A DNA stretch of 64,000 bases, taken from Octopus vulgaris. Lineage: Eukaryota. The position numbers and the translations under genes are program-made. The stretch spans positions 128,898,001 through 128,962,000 of the forward strand of contig OX597819.1 of the NCBI GenBank assembly GCA_951406725.2. The letters are read 5' to 3'. Shown one piece after another: positions 25,582 through 38,819 of this stretch (the stretch's first letter is position 1; the number at the start of each line of letters is the position of its first letter). The notes under the pieces were generated by a model. The model had not been told where the DNA came from, ran no database searches, and saw only the letters and a list, made by a program, of their open reading frames with translations.

Positions 25582-26112
25582 TATGTACATAGAGTAATAA
25601 AGTTTGTGGTGTGCTTCCTAAAATAAGTTTTTTTTTCAAGAGTTTGGTAATTTTATTCTGATGAGTGATTTTAATAAAGTCTATATTTTCCCACTGAAAT
25701 GCCATTTCACACTCCTTGGGCAAAAATTCTTCCCCGGTTGGGGACCCCTGCTTTAGATCAACCCTATTATTCAATGAGAATAAAAAAAAGGGCTAGGGAA
25801 GTTCAACATCATTGGTCTAAACAGTCACTTGAACTGACAGGAATAGCCTCAAAAACTCCCCAAAATTGACCGCATCCAATTATTCTTCAACAATATATGG
25901 AAAGATGGCATAGTCACAGCTGGAACATCTTGATGCTAAAGAATAAAACCTTCACCTTCTAAAGACAGTGAAATAATTTCCTTTATTTTTTGGTTCACCC
26001 AGTCATGTTCTAGAATTGCAGTTATTTTCATATATTGAATTTTGTTTAATTTATTCAGTTTTGTCTATCAATAATATTTGTTTAAATTTATACAATTTTT
26101 TGTAACCCACAG

Positions 26113-26266
26113 CTTGATCCAACTTTTGCCCGTTGGTATCCAGGAGAACCAGACAATGTGGAATCTCATGAAAATTGTGTAGCGAGTTCTCTGTTGCCTG
26201 TTGCTGGTTATTGGTCAGATTTCGATTGCCAAAGGAGCTTTCCATTTGTGTGTCAAAGGTTGGCTG
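26113..26266 (+). CDS. Lectin exon 7 (CTLD2 C-part, EPD/WSD)
   Basis: cccacag|CTT...GCTG|gtaata; LDPTFARWYPGEPDNVESHENCVASSLLPVAGYWSDFDCQRSFPFVCQRLA; phase 0 to 1. Confidence 0.92.
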
Positions 26267-27069
26267 GTAATATAAATTTTTATGATATCAAAATTCTTAC
26301 TGCTAAATACCAATGAGGAGGGTGTTACAATCATGATAATTATAAGAGGCTTTCATTTCCCTGCTTCTATCTCTTCACTTTTTTCCTCCACTGTTAAGAG
26401 AGTAAGAAAAAATAGACAGAAAGAAAGAAAATCGATCATATATAGGTTTCAAATGAACATAGACAAAGTAATTTTATGATCCAAAGTTATGTTGTGCTGA
26501 GGAGCCCATAAGAAGGGCGAAATAGCATTGTCTACAACTACTAAGACACTTAAAAGGAAAAATTGGATTAAATGGGAATATTATTTCATGTTCTCTCACC
26601 CACAAGAAAAAGACTTCTCATAGTAATGATAATAATAATAATAATAATAATAATAAATTATAAACCCTTTAAGGAAATTTTCACTATCTCATATTTCTTA
26701 GTAAATGCTCTCTCTCTGTCTCTCTCTATCTCTTCCACCCTCTCTCTCTCCTCTTAAACTGAAAACAACTATAGGTGGCAGCAGTAACAGTCCCCAGTCA
26801 CACACACACACATACACACAAAAATTATAATTTTTTCATAGGCATAAGTTCTCAAATTTGGAGGAAAGAGACAGTTATATCAACTGCAATACTTCACAGG
26901 CATTTTATTTTAATGATCCAAGGAAAGATAAAAGGCTAAATTAAGTATGGCAGCATTACAACTCAGAACCTTGAAATGGATGGACTAAATACTGCTAGGT
27001 ACTTTCTCCAATCTTCTGAGTCTAAAGTACTAGCCAATACACTGAGTTTGTTCTAATTAATTATAAATC

Positions 27070-27407
27070 AAAATTGAAATCGCTTAAAAATCAATGGAAA
27101 TTGTAGTTGTGATACCAGTGCCGGTGGCACGTAAAAGAACCATCCGAACGTGGCCGTTGCCAGCACCGCCCAGACTGGCTTCCATGCCGGTGGCATGTAA
27201 AAAGCACCAACCGATCGTGGCCGGTGGCACGTAAAAAGCACCCACTACACTCACAGAGTGGTTGGCGTTAGGACGGGTATCCAGCTGTAGAAACACTGCC
27301 AGATCAAACTGGAGCCTGGTGCAGCCTCCTGGCTTCCAAGACCCCGGTCGAACCGTCCAACCCATGTTAGCATGGAAAGCGGACGTTAAACGATGATGAT
27401 GATGATG
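27070..27407 (+). mobile_element. Repeat family D
   Basis: Matches 7365-7718. Confidence 0.8.
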
Positions 27408-27736
27408 AACTCTTAGCCCTAAAATTGTAAAATAGTGGACTTCTATCTAGTCTTTTATCAGTTTCGAGCATTGGATTGCCATCCTTCAGGAGTACTTTCA
27501 GTGTCACTTAATTAATTGCATTGACCTCAGTACTTATTTAAAAGTGGTGTATTTATTTTATCAATCTCTATTAAAATCACCGTTTTATACATACACACAC
27601 ATTCCATGTTAGGTTATACTATGGACCCTTAATTCCTTGATGGAATTGCAAGGCCTTGTTATGACATATGGTATGCCTTGGGTATTTTTGGCCTGGAGAA
27701 ATCCAACCCTCTGCAAGTTTTGTCTAACAGTTTATT

Positions 27737-27951
27737 CAACCATTTTCTGAAACTGGCTCTGGCTCTGTAGTACAAATGTCTTGTTTTCCTAAGTGTTTAA
27801 TTAAAATCTTCCACCAAACCTTAGTCACAATTTATGTTCCTAACACTAGCTGAATGATAACTAAGTTATTTTACAAAATTCTTTTTTATATTTAAAATAA
27901 TTGAGAGAAACACAGAGCATCTCAATAGAAATACAGTAATGAAAGGGTTAA
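27737..27951 (+). mobile_element. piggyBac-type MITE (left end degraded)
   Basis: Matches 46186-46386 and 55470-55698; ends gaaagggTTAA. Confidence 0.75.
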
Positions 27952-28809
27952 ATTAACAGCCCCAAAATGAACATTATAAATGTATGTTGTACAAAACATC
28001 TTAAATCCCGCAAAAAATGAGGCAAAAACGACTATGAAGTGCTCAATAAGATATTAAATGAATTAAAAGAATATTAGAATTGTGACTATTGAATAAGTGA
28101 GAGAAATAGAATGACTTTGAAAAATCAAGATTATTTCATACAAAACAGATATGACAAGAGAGCACACTTCAATACAATTTCTGCCCACTGATTCTATTCA
28201 CAAGGCATTGATCAACATGAGGCTACATAAGAAGACACTCACTTATGATCTAATGTAGTGACTATGAACTTAAAACTATGTAGTTTTACTGTAAACTGTA
28301 AACTTCTGAACCACATAGCCATGTCTCTAGCTCTGACAGAAATCAATATTTTTTGTCAGAACCATTCGAATCATCATCATTTGGCCCATTAGCATTCAGA
28401 TTTCTTTATCAAATTTATTGCTTATTTATTCACATTGTTTTCAATTAATCATGCACTTCTTTTGTAGCTTCAAGATTTCAATAGGGTGTTTGTATAGTTT
28501 TAGAATGATATTGTGGGGTATGTTTGAGAAATTGGATTTGGCCAGTTTTAACATAAAACAGGTAACATATTTGAACTGTATATGGTTGGATTAAATGCTA
28601 GCATGGGTTGGACAGTTTGACAGGAGCTGCCCAGATTCTAATGGTCTGTTTTGGCAAAGTTTCTGTGGTTGGATGCCCAGCCTAACACCAATCACTTCAC
28701 AGAGTGTACTAGATGCTTTTTACATAGAACTGGCACAGGCATTTTTACGTGGCACTGGCATGGGTGCCGTTATGTGGCACTGATGCAAGCATGCTTATGA
28801 AATATATAT

Positions 28810-29211
28810 ACTCTTTACTCTTTTATTTGTTTCAATCATTTGGCTGTGGCCATGCTGGAGTATTGCCTTTAGTCGAGCAAATCGACCCCAGGACTTATTC
28901 TTTGTAAACCTAGTACTTACTCTATTGGACTCTTTTGCCAAATTGCTATGTTACAGGGACGTAAACACACCAGCATCGGTGTTGAGGGACAAACACAGAC
29001 ACACAAACATATATACACACACACACACATATATATATACATATATACGACGGGCTTCTTTCAGTTTCCACCTACTAAATCCACTCACAAGGCTTTGGTC
29101 AGCCTGAGGCTATAGTAGAAGACACTTGCCCAAGGTACCACGCAGTGGGACTGAACCCGGAACCATGTAGTTGGTAAGCAAGCTACTTACCGCAGAGCCA
29201 CTCCTATGCCT
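28810..29211 (-). mobile_element. SINE family B
   Basis: Reverse-complement match to 44239-44625. Confidence 0.85.
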
Positions 29212-29481
29212 ATATGTTTGTATTTATGTGTGTGTGTATGCACAAATGCATACATGTATGTATGTATTGTCACAAATCCACCATAACTTACTGACTTAGA
29301 TGGTATCTAACCTAATAGTTCCAATGCCACTAAACTCTTGATGTATTGTTCATAACAAAATAAACATAAGACAATAAAAAGATTTGGATATAAAACGAAG
29401 CAACAGTTGAAACAACAAAAAAGCTACATCCATTCCCACACCAGATAATCAAGGAACCAATATGTATGTCTATATATATGC

Positions 29482-30975
29482 AATGTGATATCTGTTGTAA
29501 ATATCTGTTGTAAATGTGATCTGTTGTATATGTAATGTGATATCTGTTGTAAATATCTGTTGCAAATGTGATATCTGTTGTATATGTAATGTGATATCTG
29601 TTGTAAATATCTGTTGTAAATGTGATATCTGTTGTATATATGTGATATCTGTTGTAAATATCTGTTGTAAATGTGATATCTGTTGTAAATATCTGTTGTA
29701 AATGTGATATCTGTTGTATATATGTGATATCTGTTGTAAATATCTGTTGTATGTGTAATGTGATATCTGTCGTAAATATCTGTTGTAAATGTGATATCTG
29801 TTGTATATGTAATGTGATATCTGTCGTAAATATCTGTTGCAAATGTGATATCTGTTGTATATATAATGTGATATCTGTCGTAAATATCTTTTGTAAATGT
29901 GATATCTGTTGTATATGTAATGTGATATCTGTTGTAAATATCTGTTGTAAATGTGATATCTGTTGTATATGTAATGTGATATCTGTTGTAAATATCTGTT
30001 GTAAATGCAATATCTGTTGTATATGTAATGTGATATCTGTCATAAATATCTGTTGCAAATGTGATATCTGTTGTATATATAATGTGATATCTGTTGTATA
30101 TGTAATGTGATACCTGTTGTAAATATCTGTTGCAAATGTGATATCTGTTATATATATACAATGTGATATCTGTTGTAAATATCGTTTGTAAATGTGATAT
30201 CTGTTGTATATGTAATGTGATATCTGTCGTAAATATATGTTGTAAATGTAATATCTGTTGTATATGTAATGTGACATCTGTTGTAAATATCTGTTGCAAA
30301 TGTGATATCTGTCGTATATGTAATGTGGTATCTGTTGTAGATATCTGTTGTAAATGTGATATCTGTTGTATATATAATGTGATATCTGTTGTATATGTAA
30401 TGTGATATCTGTTGTAAATGTGATATCTATTTTATATTTGTGATATCTATTGTAAATATCTTTTGTAAATGTATCTGTTGTATATGTAATGTGATATCTG
30501 TTGTAAATATCTGTTGTAAATGTGATCTGTTGTATATGTAATGTGATATCTGTTGTAAATATCTGTTATAAATGTGATATCGTTTGTAAATGTGATATCT
30601 GTTGTAAATATCTGTTGCAAATGTGATATCTGTTGTAAATGTGATATCTGTTGTATATATGTGATATCTGTTGTAAATATATTTTGTAAATGTGATATCT
30701 GTTGTATATGTAATGTGATATCTGTTGTAAATATCTGTTGTAAATGTGATATCTGCTGCAAATATGGTATCTGTTGTAAATATATGTTGTAAATATGATA
30801 TCTGTTGTATATGTAATGTGATATCTGTTGTAAATATATGTTGTAAATGTGATATCTGTTGTATATGTAATGTGATATCTGTTGTAAATATATGTTGTAA
30901 ATGTGATATCTGTTGTATATGTAATGTGATATCTGTTGTAAATATATGTTGTAAATGTGATATCTGTTGTAAATA
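29482..30975. repeat. Minisatellite array, core TATCTGTTGTA, 54-bp higher-order unit
   Basis: Unit tgtgatatctgttgtatatgtaa + tgtgatatctgttgtaaa + tatctgttgtaaa (23+18+13); gives 18-aa periodic pseudo-ORFs. Confidence 0.95.
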
Positions 30976-31028
30976 TTTAGTAACAACTAACAAGGATTTT
31001 TTTCTCTCTTCTTTTTTAAAATCTCTAG

Positions 31029-31067
31029 ATAACATACCTGAAGCAGAGAACACAACACTAACACCTG
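31029..31067 (+). CDS. Lectin exon 8 (39-nt linker micro-exon)
   Basis: Pyrimidine tract, ctctag|AT...CCTG|gtgagt; NIPEAENTTLTP; phase 1 to 1. Confidence 0.75.
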
Positions 31068-31353
31068 GTGAGTACAACTACTTCTATTTTTCTCTCTCCT
31101 ACAATAACAACAGAGTGGAATGGGGCGTTCTGGTGGTGGTGGTGGTGGTGGTGGAGGTGGTGGTGGCAGAGATAGTGAAGTGTCAGTGAAAAGGTTTTCT
31201 TTAAGTCTTTCAGCAGTGTTTCTTTAAGAACATCAAGTAGGATTATTAAAAGCAATTGTGTAATCTCTTTTGTACTAAATCAAACAGATTAATCAAGACA
31301 TTTGTACATCTTACAAAATCATTGGCACACACACTCACACACAAACACAAACA

Positions 31354-31453
<100 letters not shown>

Positions 31454-31756
31454 CTCACCAAAAGAGTAGAAAACCAGAAGATGTTCTGATAAGCAATCTT
31501 GTTCTTTCAACCTCATACATCTCTAATCCTTCTCTTTCAGCACGGATCATCGTAATTAGCTTATTAGTTCGTTTCATTATTCTATCTATTTCATTACCTA
31601 TGTAAACACAGCTTCGCCTTCCACACTGTATGTTTAAAAAAAACACACACTTAAAATCCCTTTCGCTGAATCCAATTCTCTCTCTTTCCCCCTCCCCTCT
31701 TTCATGCTAATTTATTATCGTTACTTATTCATTCATTTATCTAATTTTGTCACAGA

Positions 31757-32622
31757 TGGACAGAAAGACCGATTTTATGACACCCTCTTGCAGACTACCT
31801 CATCGACAAATGACAGGGACCTTCTCTTTGTGGCAGGTAACTTCAATGGGTATGTTGGACAACATGCAGAGGGCTTCCATGGTGTACATGGAGGCTATGG
31901 TTTTGGTTCCTGCAATGAGGAGGGAACCAGGCTGCTGGAGTTCTGTGATGCAAATGACCTTATGGCTTGTAGCACTAACTTCAGGAAACCTGCCAGTCAC
32001 CTATTCACCTACCAATCTAGTAGACACATTAGTTAAATTGACTACATCCTCACCAGGAAACAGGAAAGATGGCTACTTATAAATGCCAAGCCTTCCCAAG
32101 TGAAGAATGCACTCCACAACATAGACTGGTAGTTAGTGACTTCAGAATCAGGGCTAAATGGATGCCCAGAAGATGACCAGCATGGAGGAGAAAGCTCTGC
32201 AAGCTTAAGGATCCTGCACATGGACGGAGATTTAGAGACATATTACTCAAAGCTTTTGACAAAATAGAAGGGGATATAGCATCATGTGACCTGGAAGACA
32301 ACTGGTGGTTTCTACAGGACAACCTGCTGAGGGTCACTGACCAGCTCTGTGGATGGTGCAAAGTCCCCTCTCGACCCAAGATAATGTGATGGTGGAACAG
32401 TGTAGTTGACAGGGCCATTAGGGAAAAGAAACAGACATGGAAGAACTGGAAGAATGGTGGTAGCAGGGAATTGCATTAGACTGTCAGAAAAGAAGCTAGG
32501 AGACAGGTTTATTTAGCCAGAGGGAAAGCAGATAAGAAAAAAGTTGCCAATGTTCTGCATCGTGAGGACCAAAGACTTGAGGTGTTTTGTGTTGCAAGAC
32601 AGTGCATGAGAGAGAATCATGA
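31757..32622 (+). pseudogene. Decayed RTE-type LINE fragment (AP endonuclease C-terminal region)
   Basis: KDRFYD..LFVAGNFNGYVG..HGGYGFGSCNEEGTRLLEFCDANDL..TNFRK..IDYILTRK..QHRLVVSDF; stops and frameshifts. Confidence 0.85.
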
Positions 32623-32654
32623 TAAGAATTCTTTTTTCTTCTATTTTTCAACAG

Positions 32655-32822
32655 GTGTTAATCAAGCCTGTGGTGCCGAATGGGAGAGTGACCCCACGGG
32701 TAAAACTTGCTACCATTTCTCTGATGAACAACTGACTTGGTTTGATGCCCAACTCTCATGTAGCTATCATGGTGGATATTTGGCAAGCATCATTGGTCTA
32801 CATGAACAATTCTATATTGCAG
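32655..32822 (+). CDS. Lectin exon 9 (CTLD3 N-part)
   Basis: tcaacag|GT...GCAG|gtatgg; VNQACGAEWESDPTGKTCYHFSDEQLTWFDAQLSCSYHGGYLASIIGLHEQFYIA; phase 1 to 1. Confidence 0.92.
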
Positions 32823-34164
32823 GTATGGTAAAATGCATGAAATTTAGAATCTTGTTTCTTCACGAGAAACGAGATGAAATATTTTATCCGCAAAAATATT
32901 TTTGACTAAAAATAATATCAAAAAAAAAGTCAAGTCTATTTTAATCATACTCTTCATATTTTTTTTAATACTATCCCACTCGAGAATAAAATTCAATTTT
33001 TTCATAAAGAAATTGAGTTTCATAACAATCCACTTGAGACCATCTCTAGTTTTATAACCCCAAACCTTTCATTTCCTTAAGTGTTCATACTTAATTTAAA
33101 ATCTCATATAATAATTTTATACAATAACCTTGTTTTAAGTTGCATTTCAAACAATAGTTTAATATGCCAATGAATGATAAAGCTGGTTATTCTTCTCGAT
33201 TCCAGAAATTCTAGATTATTTTCAAAATAAATGGAAATGTAGAAGCCATATATTTCATAAGAAATGTACTCACTTAAAAAAATTTTCATTATAGCTTTGA
33301 AATTCCTACATTTTTTTATATTTTGCATTGCATTGTATGAGTTTGTTGGTAAAATGTTGAGGCAATGGAGAAAGCGTCATATGCACTAATTCTTGTTTCA
33401 CTTTTACCTTATTATTTTAAGAATTTTATCTAAAAACTTTAATCTTGCTCATAAACGTTAATGATTTCTAAGCTCTGATGGAGTTTTAAGGGAGCTTATA
33501 TAACCTTTTCTTTTTTGTGTGTGGATTAAGTGATTTGGACATAAATCTCTGTCCAGGCAGAGCATCACACTGCCACAGAACAACAGATGTGATATGTAAT
33601 ATTTGAACAAACAAAAGAAGTGAGAGTAATGTGTGTAACCGAAATACATGACAAAATGGTTCCTGCAGATTTGATTTCAAAACCTATGAATTTGCCATCT
33701 AATATGATTTCCATTTGATCTTATGGGTTGTTCAGTTATTAGCATTAGCAGTATGAAAATCAAAAACTTGAGTAAAATAGAAAGAAATGGAAAGAAATAG
33801 CAGGACTCCTGCTATTGGGAACTTATGGAGATGGTAGAATTAGGTGAGTGCAAGATAATAGTTCGTAATATTTGGTTACGTCCCTTTATTTTCAAAGTTC
33901 AGAGTCACCCGATTCCAAGTCCACTTTGCTATTTACAAGAATACTCATTGTAGTCTGTGATCCGACACCATCCTTTATATCCAAAATATTCAGTCTGCTG
34001 ATATTGGTCTGTTAAGAAATTTGCTGATAATCAAAGGTTTTAAATTTGGAGTTTACTTCCTTCATGAGCATTCAAGATCTAACAGGCAAGTGCTTATTTC
34101 TGGTATCTGTGGCATTAAGTAGTGGTTGAAAGACAATTTTCCCTTTAACATAGACTACCACATT

Positions 34165-34840
34165 GTCATCATCATCATCATCGTTTAACGTCCGCTTTCC
34201 ATGCTAGCATGGGTTGGACGGTTCAACTGGGGTCTGGGAAGCCAGGAGGCTGCACCAAGCCCAGTTAGGAGTAATATTTCCCAGTGAAGTACCAAAGTCA
34301 GTACTTCAACGACCTATATCACCAGTGGACAGAAAGTGCAAACTAAACAATTAATATCCAGAGCAATCAAAAACAAAGTTTAAAGAGAAAGTTTTGAAAT
34401 TTCTTAATGATCATCATCATCGTTTAACATCCACTTTCCATGCTAGCATGGGTTGGACGATTTTGACTGAGGGCTGGTGAACCAGATGGCTGCACCAGGC
34501 TCCAATCTTGATCTGGCACAGTTTCTACAGCTGGATACCCTTCCTAACACCAACCACTCTGAGAGTGTAGTGGGTGCTTTTTATGTGCCACCAGCACGGG
34601 GGCCAGTCAGGCGGTACTGGCAATGACCTCGCTCGAATCTTTTTACACGTGCCACCAGCACAGATACCAGTAAGGCGACATTGGTAACGATAACGCTCGA
34701 ATGGTGCCCTTTTACGTGCCATGGGTACGGAGGCCAGTTGGCTGCTCTAGCAACGATCATGCTCGGATGGTGCTCTTGGCACTCTACTAGCACGGGCACA
34801 AGTGCCAGTAAGGCGACGCTGGTAATGATCACACTCGAGA
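34165..34840 (-). mobile_element. Repeat family D: short 3' fragment (34165-34262) and longer copy (34410-34840)
   Basis: (ATC)n-gtttaacgtccgctttccatgctagcatggg start; internal gtgcc/ggcac units. Confidence 0.75.
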
Positions 34841-35148
34841 AAACTTTTGTGGGTGTCATCGTAACAAAATGTTATAGTACAACTGTTCTCACAGCAATGG
34901 TAGTGACATCTTGTGGTACCTACTTAGAACTAAGTACTCTGAGCTGCTAGAAGTTAAAGGCCTTGACTATTGACACAACACATCAACTGATTATAATAAG
35001 CTCCTGATTGACTCCTCACTTGGCTATCCAGAGTTCTAACAACGCAGCTGTTTATGCTTTTTGTCTTTGATTGAGAAATAGGAAAAGTTGGTTTGGTTAA
35101 TACTTTAAATCTCCCTTCTGGTTATTTTAAATAAATTATATTTTAAAG

Positions 35149-35265
35149 GTCGAATCCAAAATATGCAATCAGTTACTCTCTGGATTGGGGCTCATGATCT
35201 TCAGGAAGAAGGATTGTGGCTTTGGAGTGATAAAAGTCCAATGAGTTATTTCAATTGGAAAACAG
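35149..35265 (+). CDS. Lectin exon 10 (CTLD3 middle)
   Basis: ttttaaag|GT...ACAG|gtaagt; RIQNMQSVTLWIGAHDLQEEGLWLWSDKSPMSYFNWKT; phase 1 to 1. Confidence 0.9.
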
Positions 35266-35337
35266 GTAAGTGCAACACAATTTACCTTCACAGCCTTTCT
35301 GCATGCTAGTGAACACACACACACACATGCACGCACG

Positions 35338-35374
<37 letters not shown>

Positions 35375-36096
35375 CACACACACACACACCAAGTGGTCAC
35401 TTTATCTGCTAGAAAGGGCCACAAAATCTCATCTAAATGTGTACTATCTATATTATAATGAAGAAAGCTGCTTATTAATTAGGTATGCAACAATTACTAA
35501 AAGAAAGCAATATTAAAAGGCTTGACCATCTGGAAATATTTCTATAAATTCATGTTCTAAGAAATTGCCTATAATTTCAATTACTGAAGTTTATTGAATG
35601 TTTTTAACTCCAAATTCTCACAAATTTAAATATTCATTGCATTCACTGAGGAGTAGTTTTAAATGTAAAATAATAAAACACTATTAATTCGTTGCAGGCA
35701 GCATTTTACGTTTTTATTTGCAACAGTCTCTCATTCTCGCTCGCCTCTGTTTTCATTTAATGATAATTTAATTATAGCAATATAACTTTGATATGGAATA
35801 CGTATTCTTCCGTTGTAGGTATCGAGAGAGAAGGGTGCTACATGTGGGAGTGGCATAGTTAATTTAATGGGACAGCAAATGTTGATAATAGATAGAATTT
35901 AAAAATCTGAGAGCCAGTCTAAGACAAAATTGGGGACGAATGACTGTGTGATGAACTTTCATGAGTGAGGGAATATGTTGCAGATTAAGGGGAAATGCAT
36001 GAGCTTAGTTTATCTTAGACATCGATAAGTAAGACATATATACGCATACATATATATATACATATATATATTCATATATTATATACATATATATAT

Positions 36097-36405
36097 AAAA
36101 GGCTAATATTGGTAAAATGAGACATACTTATCTACATGGCCGAAACAGCTGTAAGATGTAATCTATACTTATATTTATATTTACTTATATTTGTATTCTC
36201 TTTTATATATATTCTACTTATTATACAACATTACTCTTTTATGTACACTTTTTTATGTACATTCCTTTATGTACACTGATTTGTTCTGCTTTTTTATATT
36301 TAACCCTACAGTCTCTTATGTGGTGGTTTAATAAAGTATGTGATTGAGTATTATCTGGTAATTGATATTTGATTTAAATGTATTTCTCCATTTTCTTATC
36401 TTGTA
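36097..36405 (+). mobile_element. (TA)n-flanked Penelope LTR-like fragment
   Basis: ggccGAAACAGCTGTA motif followed by T-rich tail with AATAAA, bounded by TA microsatellites. Confidence 0.4.
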
Positions 36406-36459
36406 TACATATAAATATATATATATACATATAAATATATATATATACATATATATATG

Positions 36460-36500
<41 letters not shown>

Positions 36501-36587
36501 AACATTTGAAGTTCTCAACACTAACATGCTTGCTTATTTAAATTTTTACCCTTTCATTGTTTTCAACCAAATTCCATAAACCCCTAG

Positions 36588-36701
36588 GTCACCCTGATTA
36601 TGATCGAGTAAAGAACAATTGTGCCATGGTTGGGCGGAATGATTCTCTATGGGTTGATAATGTTTGTTACCTTCGCAGTGGATATATTTGTAAGAAAGCA
36701 G
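36588..36701 (+). CDS. Lectin exon 11 (CTLD3 C-part, HPD/WVD)
   Basis: cccctag|GT...GCAG|gtaagt; HPDYDRVKNNCAMVGRNDSLWVDNVCYLRSGYICKKA; phase 1 to 1. Confidence 0.92.
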
Positions 36702-37299
36702 GTAAGTTAACCTTTTTGTTCTATTTCATTTTGCATTATTCAATCCGTTTTCTCTTACTTTTTTCTTGTACTTTTGTATATTATTTTGCGAATTTTGTAA
36801 TTTGTCTTTTTTGTATATTGTGTATTTTTTTTTTTTTTTTTTATTTCTGTATTGCTTCTATGGTCAATATATTGTTTTGTCTGGCTGTAAATCTCAATAC
36901 TTTGAGAAACTGCTGTAAAGGACCAACACTTGAGTGTTTTATTAGCTTATCTAGTTGAGTCAAGCTATCTTTCTGAATTTGATGTATTCAACAAGCTATC
37001 ATGAGGGAATTTTCTGCTTAAGAAACTCTGAAACTATATGGCAGAGATGTATGAGCTAGGAATGCAGGGAAATGGTCAATATCTGAGTAAAAAGAAGTTG
37101 CATGCTACCTGGTAGATGAACGATATAAACTTGTGAGATTAAATATTTTTAAATGATTTAAGAAAATGACTGCTTATCCTGTTGTATCAATATCAGTAGA
37201 TATTTGCAAGAAACGACAGCTAAGTGTGTTGTGTTAGGATTATGATATAAATGGATAACATGTGTGAAAAGTGAGGGGAAAACTGTTTTCTTCTATATT

Positions 37300-37610
37300 C
37301 ATCGTGATCATCGTGACTGCCCAGGCTATCAGATGTTGCTACACATCGCTGGTCACAATGCGCTTCGCATTGTTTTAGTCTTCAAATGACGCCACTCCGC
37401 TGGCTAAGCGAGCAGGCCAACAGAAGAAAGAGTGAGAGAAAGTTGTGGCGAAAGAGTACAGCAGGGATCGCCACCACCCCCTGCCGGAGACTTGTGGAGC
37501 TTTAGGTGTTTTCACTCAATAAACACTCACAACGTTCGGTCTGGGAATCAAAACAGCGATCCTACGACCACAAGTCCGCTACCCTAACCACTGGGCCATT
37601 GCGCCTCCAC
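37300..37610 (-). mobile_element. SINE family C head with alternative tail
   Basis: Same head as 15281; tail ttggcctgctcgcttagccagcgg..tgtgaccagcgatgtgtagc, also seen alone at 47813-47920 and degraded at 445-535. Confidence 0.8.
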
Positions 37611-37995
37611 CTCTATCCATAGAAGAAAACAAAATTACAGAAGACTCAAAACAAATAATTTCGATAGACAAACACTCCTATGCTTGTTATGCTCGATGAC
37701 AATGCATTGTTTTATGGATAAGATTTGAGAAGTTTAAGATGCAGGTATGTCTATGTGGTTGAGGAGTTTACTTCTCAACTATGTGGTCTTGGGTTCAGTC
37801 CACAGTGTAGCACTCTGGGCAAGTATCTTCTGCTGTAGCCCCAGGCCAACCAAACCGTATGAGTGGATTTGGTTGACAGAAACTGGGAGTTCATCATGTA
37901 TGTGTATGCATGTATGCATGTGTGCTTATGTATGTATGCATGTGTATGTATGTATGTAAGCATGCATATATGTGTATGTATATATTGGTGTGTAT

Positions 37996-38410
37996 AAGGT
38001 GGCAAGCTGGCAGAAACGTTAGCACGCCAGGTGAAATGCATAGCTGTATTTCGTCTGTCGTTACATTCCGAGTTCAAATTCCACTGAGGTTGATTTTGCC
38101 TTTCATACTTTCAGGGTCGATAAATTAAGTACCAGTTACGCACTGGGGTCGTTCTAATCAACTTAATCCGTTTGTCTGTCCTTGTTTGTCCCCTCTGTGT
38201 TTAGCCCCTTGTGGGTAGTAAAGAAATAGGTATTTCGTCTGCCGCTACGTTCTGAGTTCAAGTTCCGCCAAGGTCGACTTTGCCTTTCATCCTTTCGGTG
38301 TTGATAAATTAAGCACCAGTTACGGACTGGAGTCGATGTAATCGACTTAATTCGTTTGTCTGTCCTTGTTTGTCCCTTCTGTGTTTAGCCCCTTGTGGGT
38401 AGTAAAAAAA
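37996..38410 (+). mobile_element. SINE family A dimer (preceded by a family B fragment 37738-37890)
   Basis: Same dimer junction as 22104-22524. Confidence 0.8.
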
Positions 38411-38819
38411 TATATATCGGTGTGTATATGAATGTATATGTGGGTGGATGGGCTGGTATGTCAACATCACCATCACACAAGTGGTGTCATTCATTTTCAA
38501 CTTTCCATGACAGCCTAATCAGGGAAAAATATTACCTTGCCTGATGATGAGAGCTGGCGACAAGAGGTGCATCTATCCATAGAAAATCTGCCTCAATATA
38601 TTCCGCCTGATCCAAACAAGTACAGAAAGTAGATATCATAATGATAGTGGTAGCACAATATCTGTGGTATGAAGTTAATTATTTTATGTTCAGAGTTCAA
38701 GTCCTACTAAGGGTAAAACTATGTTTCATCCTTCTAACTTGATAAGTTAGAGTACTGCAGATATGAGTGTATTAGAGCAATGGAACTTGAAGAAGTCGTG
38801 ATTTCGGGCCAGAGTATTC

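Noticed and set aside
29330-31189. Long ORFs (up to 315 aa), including Cys-rich metallothionein-like translations
   Set aside because: They arise from the 54-bp minisatellite being open in several frames; there are no splice signals or composition supporting a protein.
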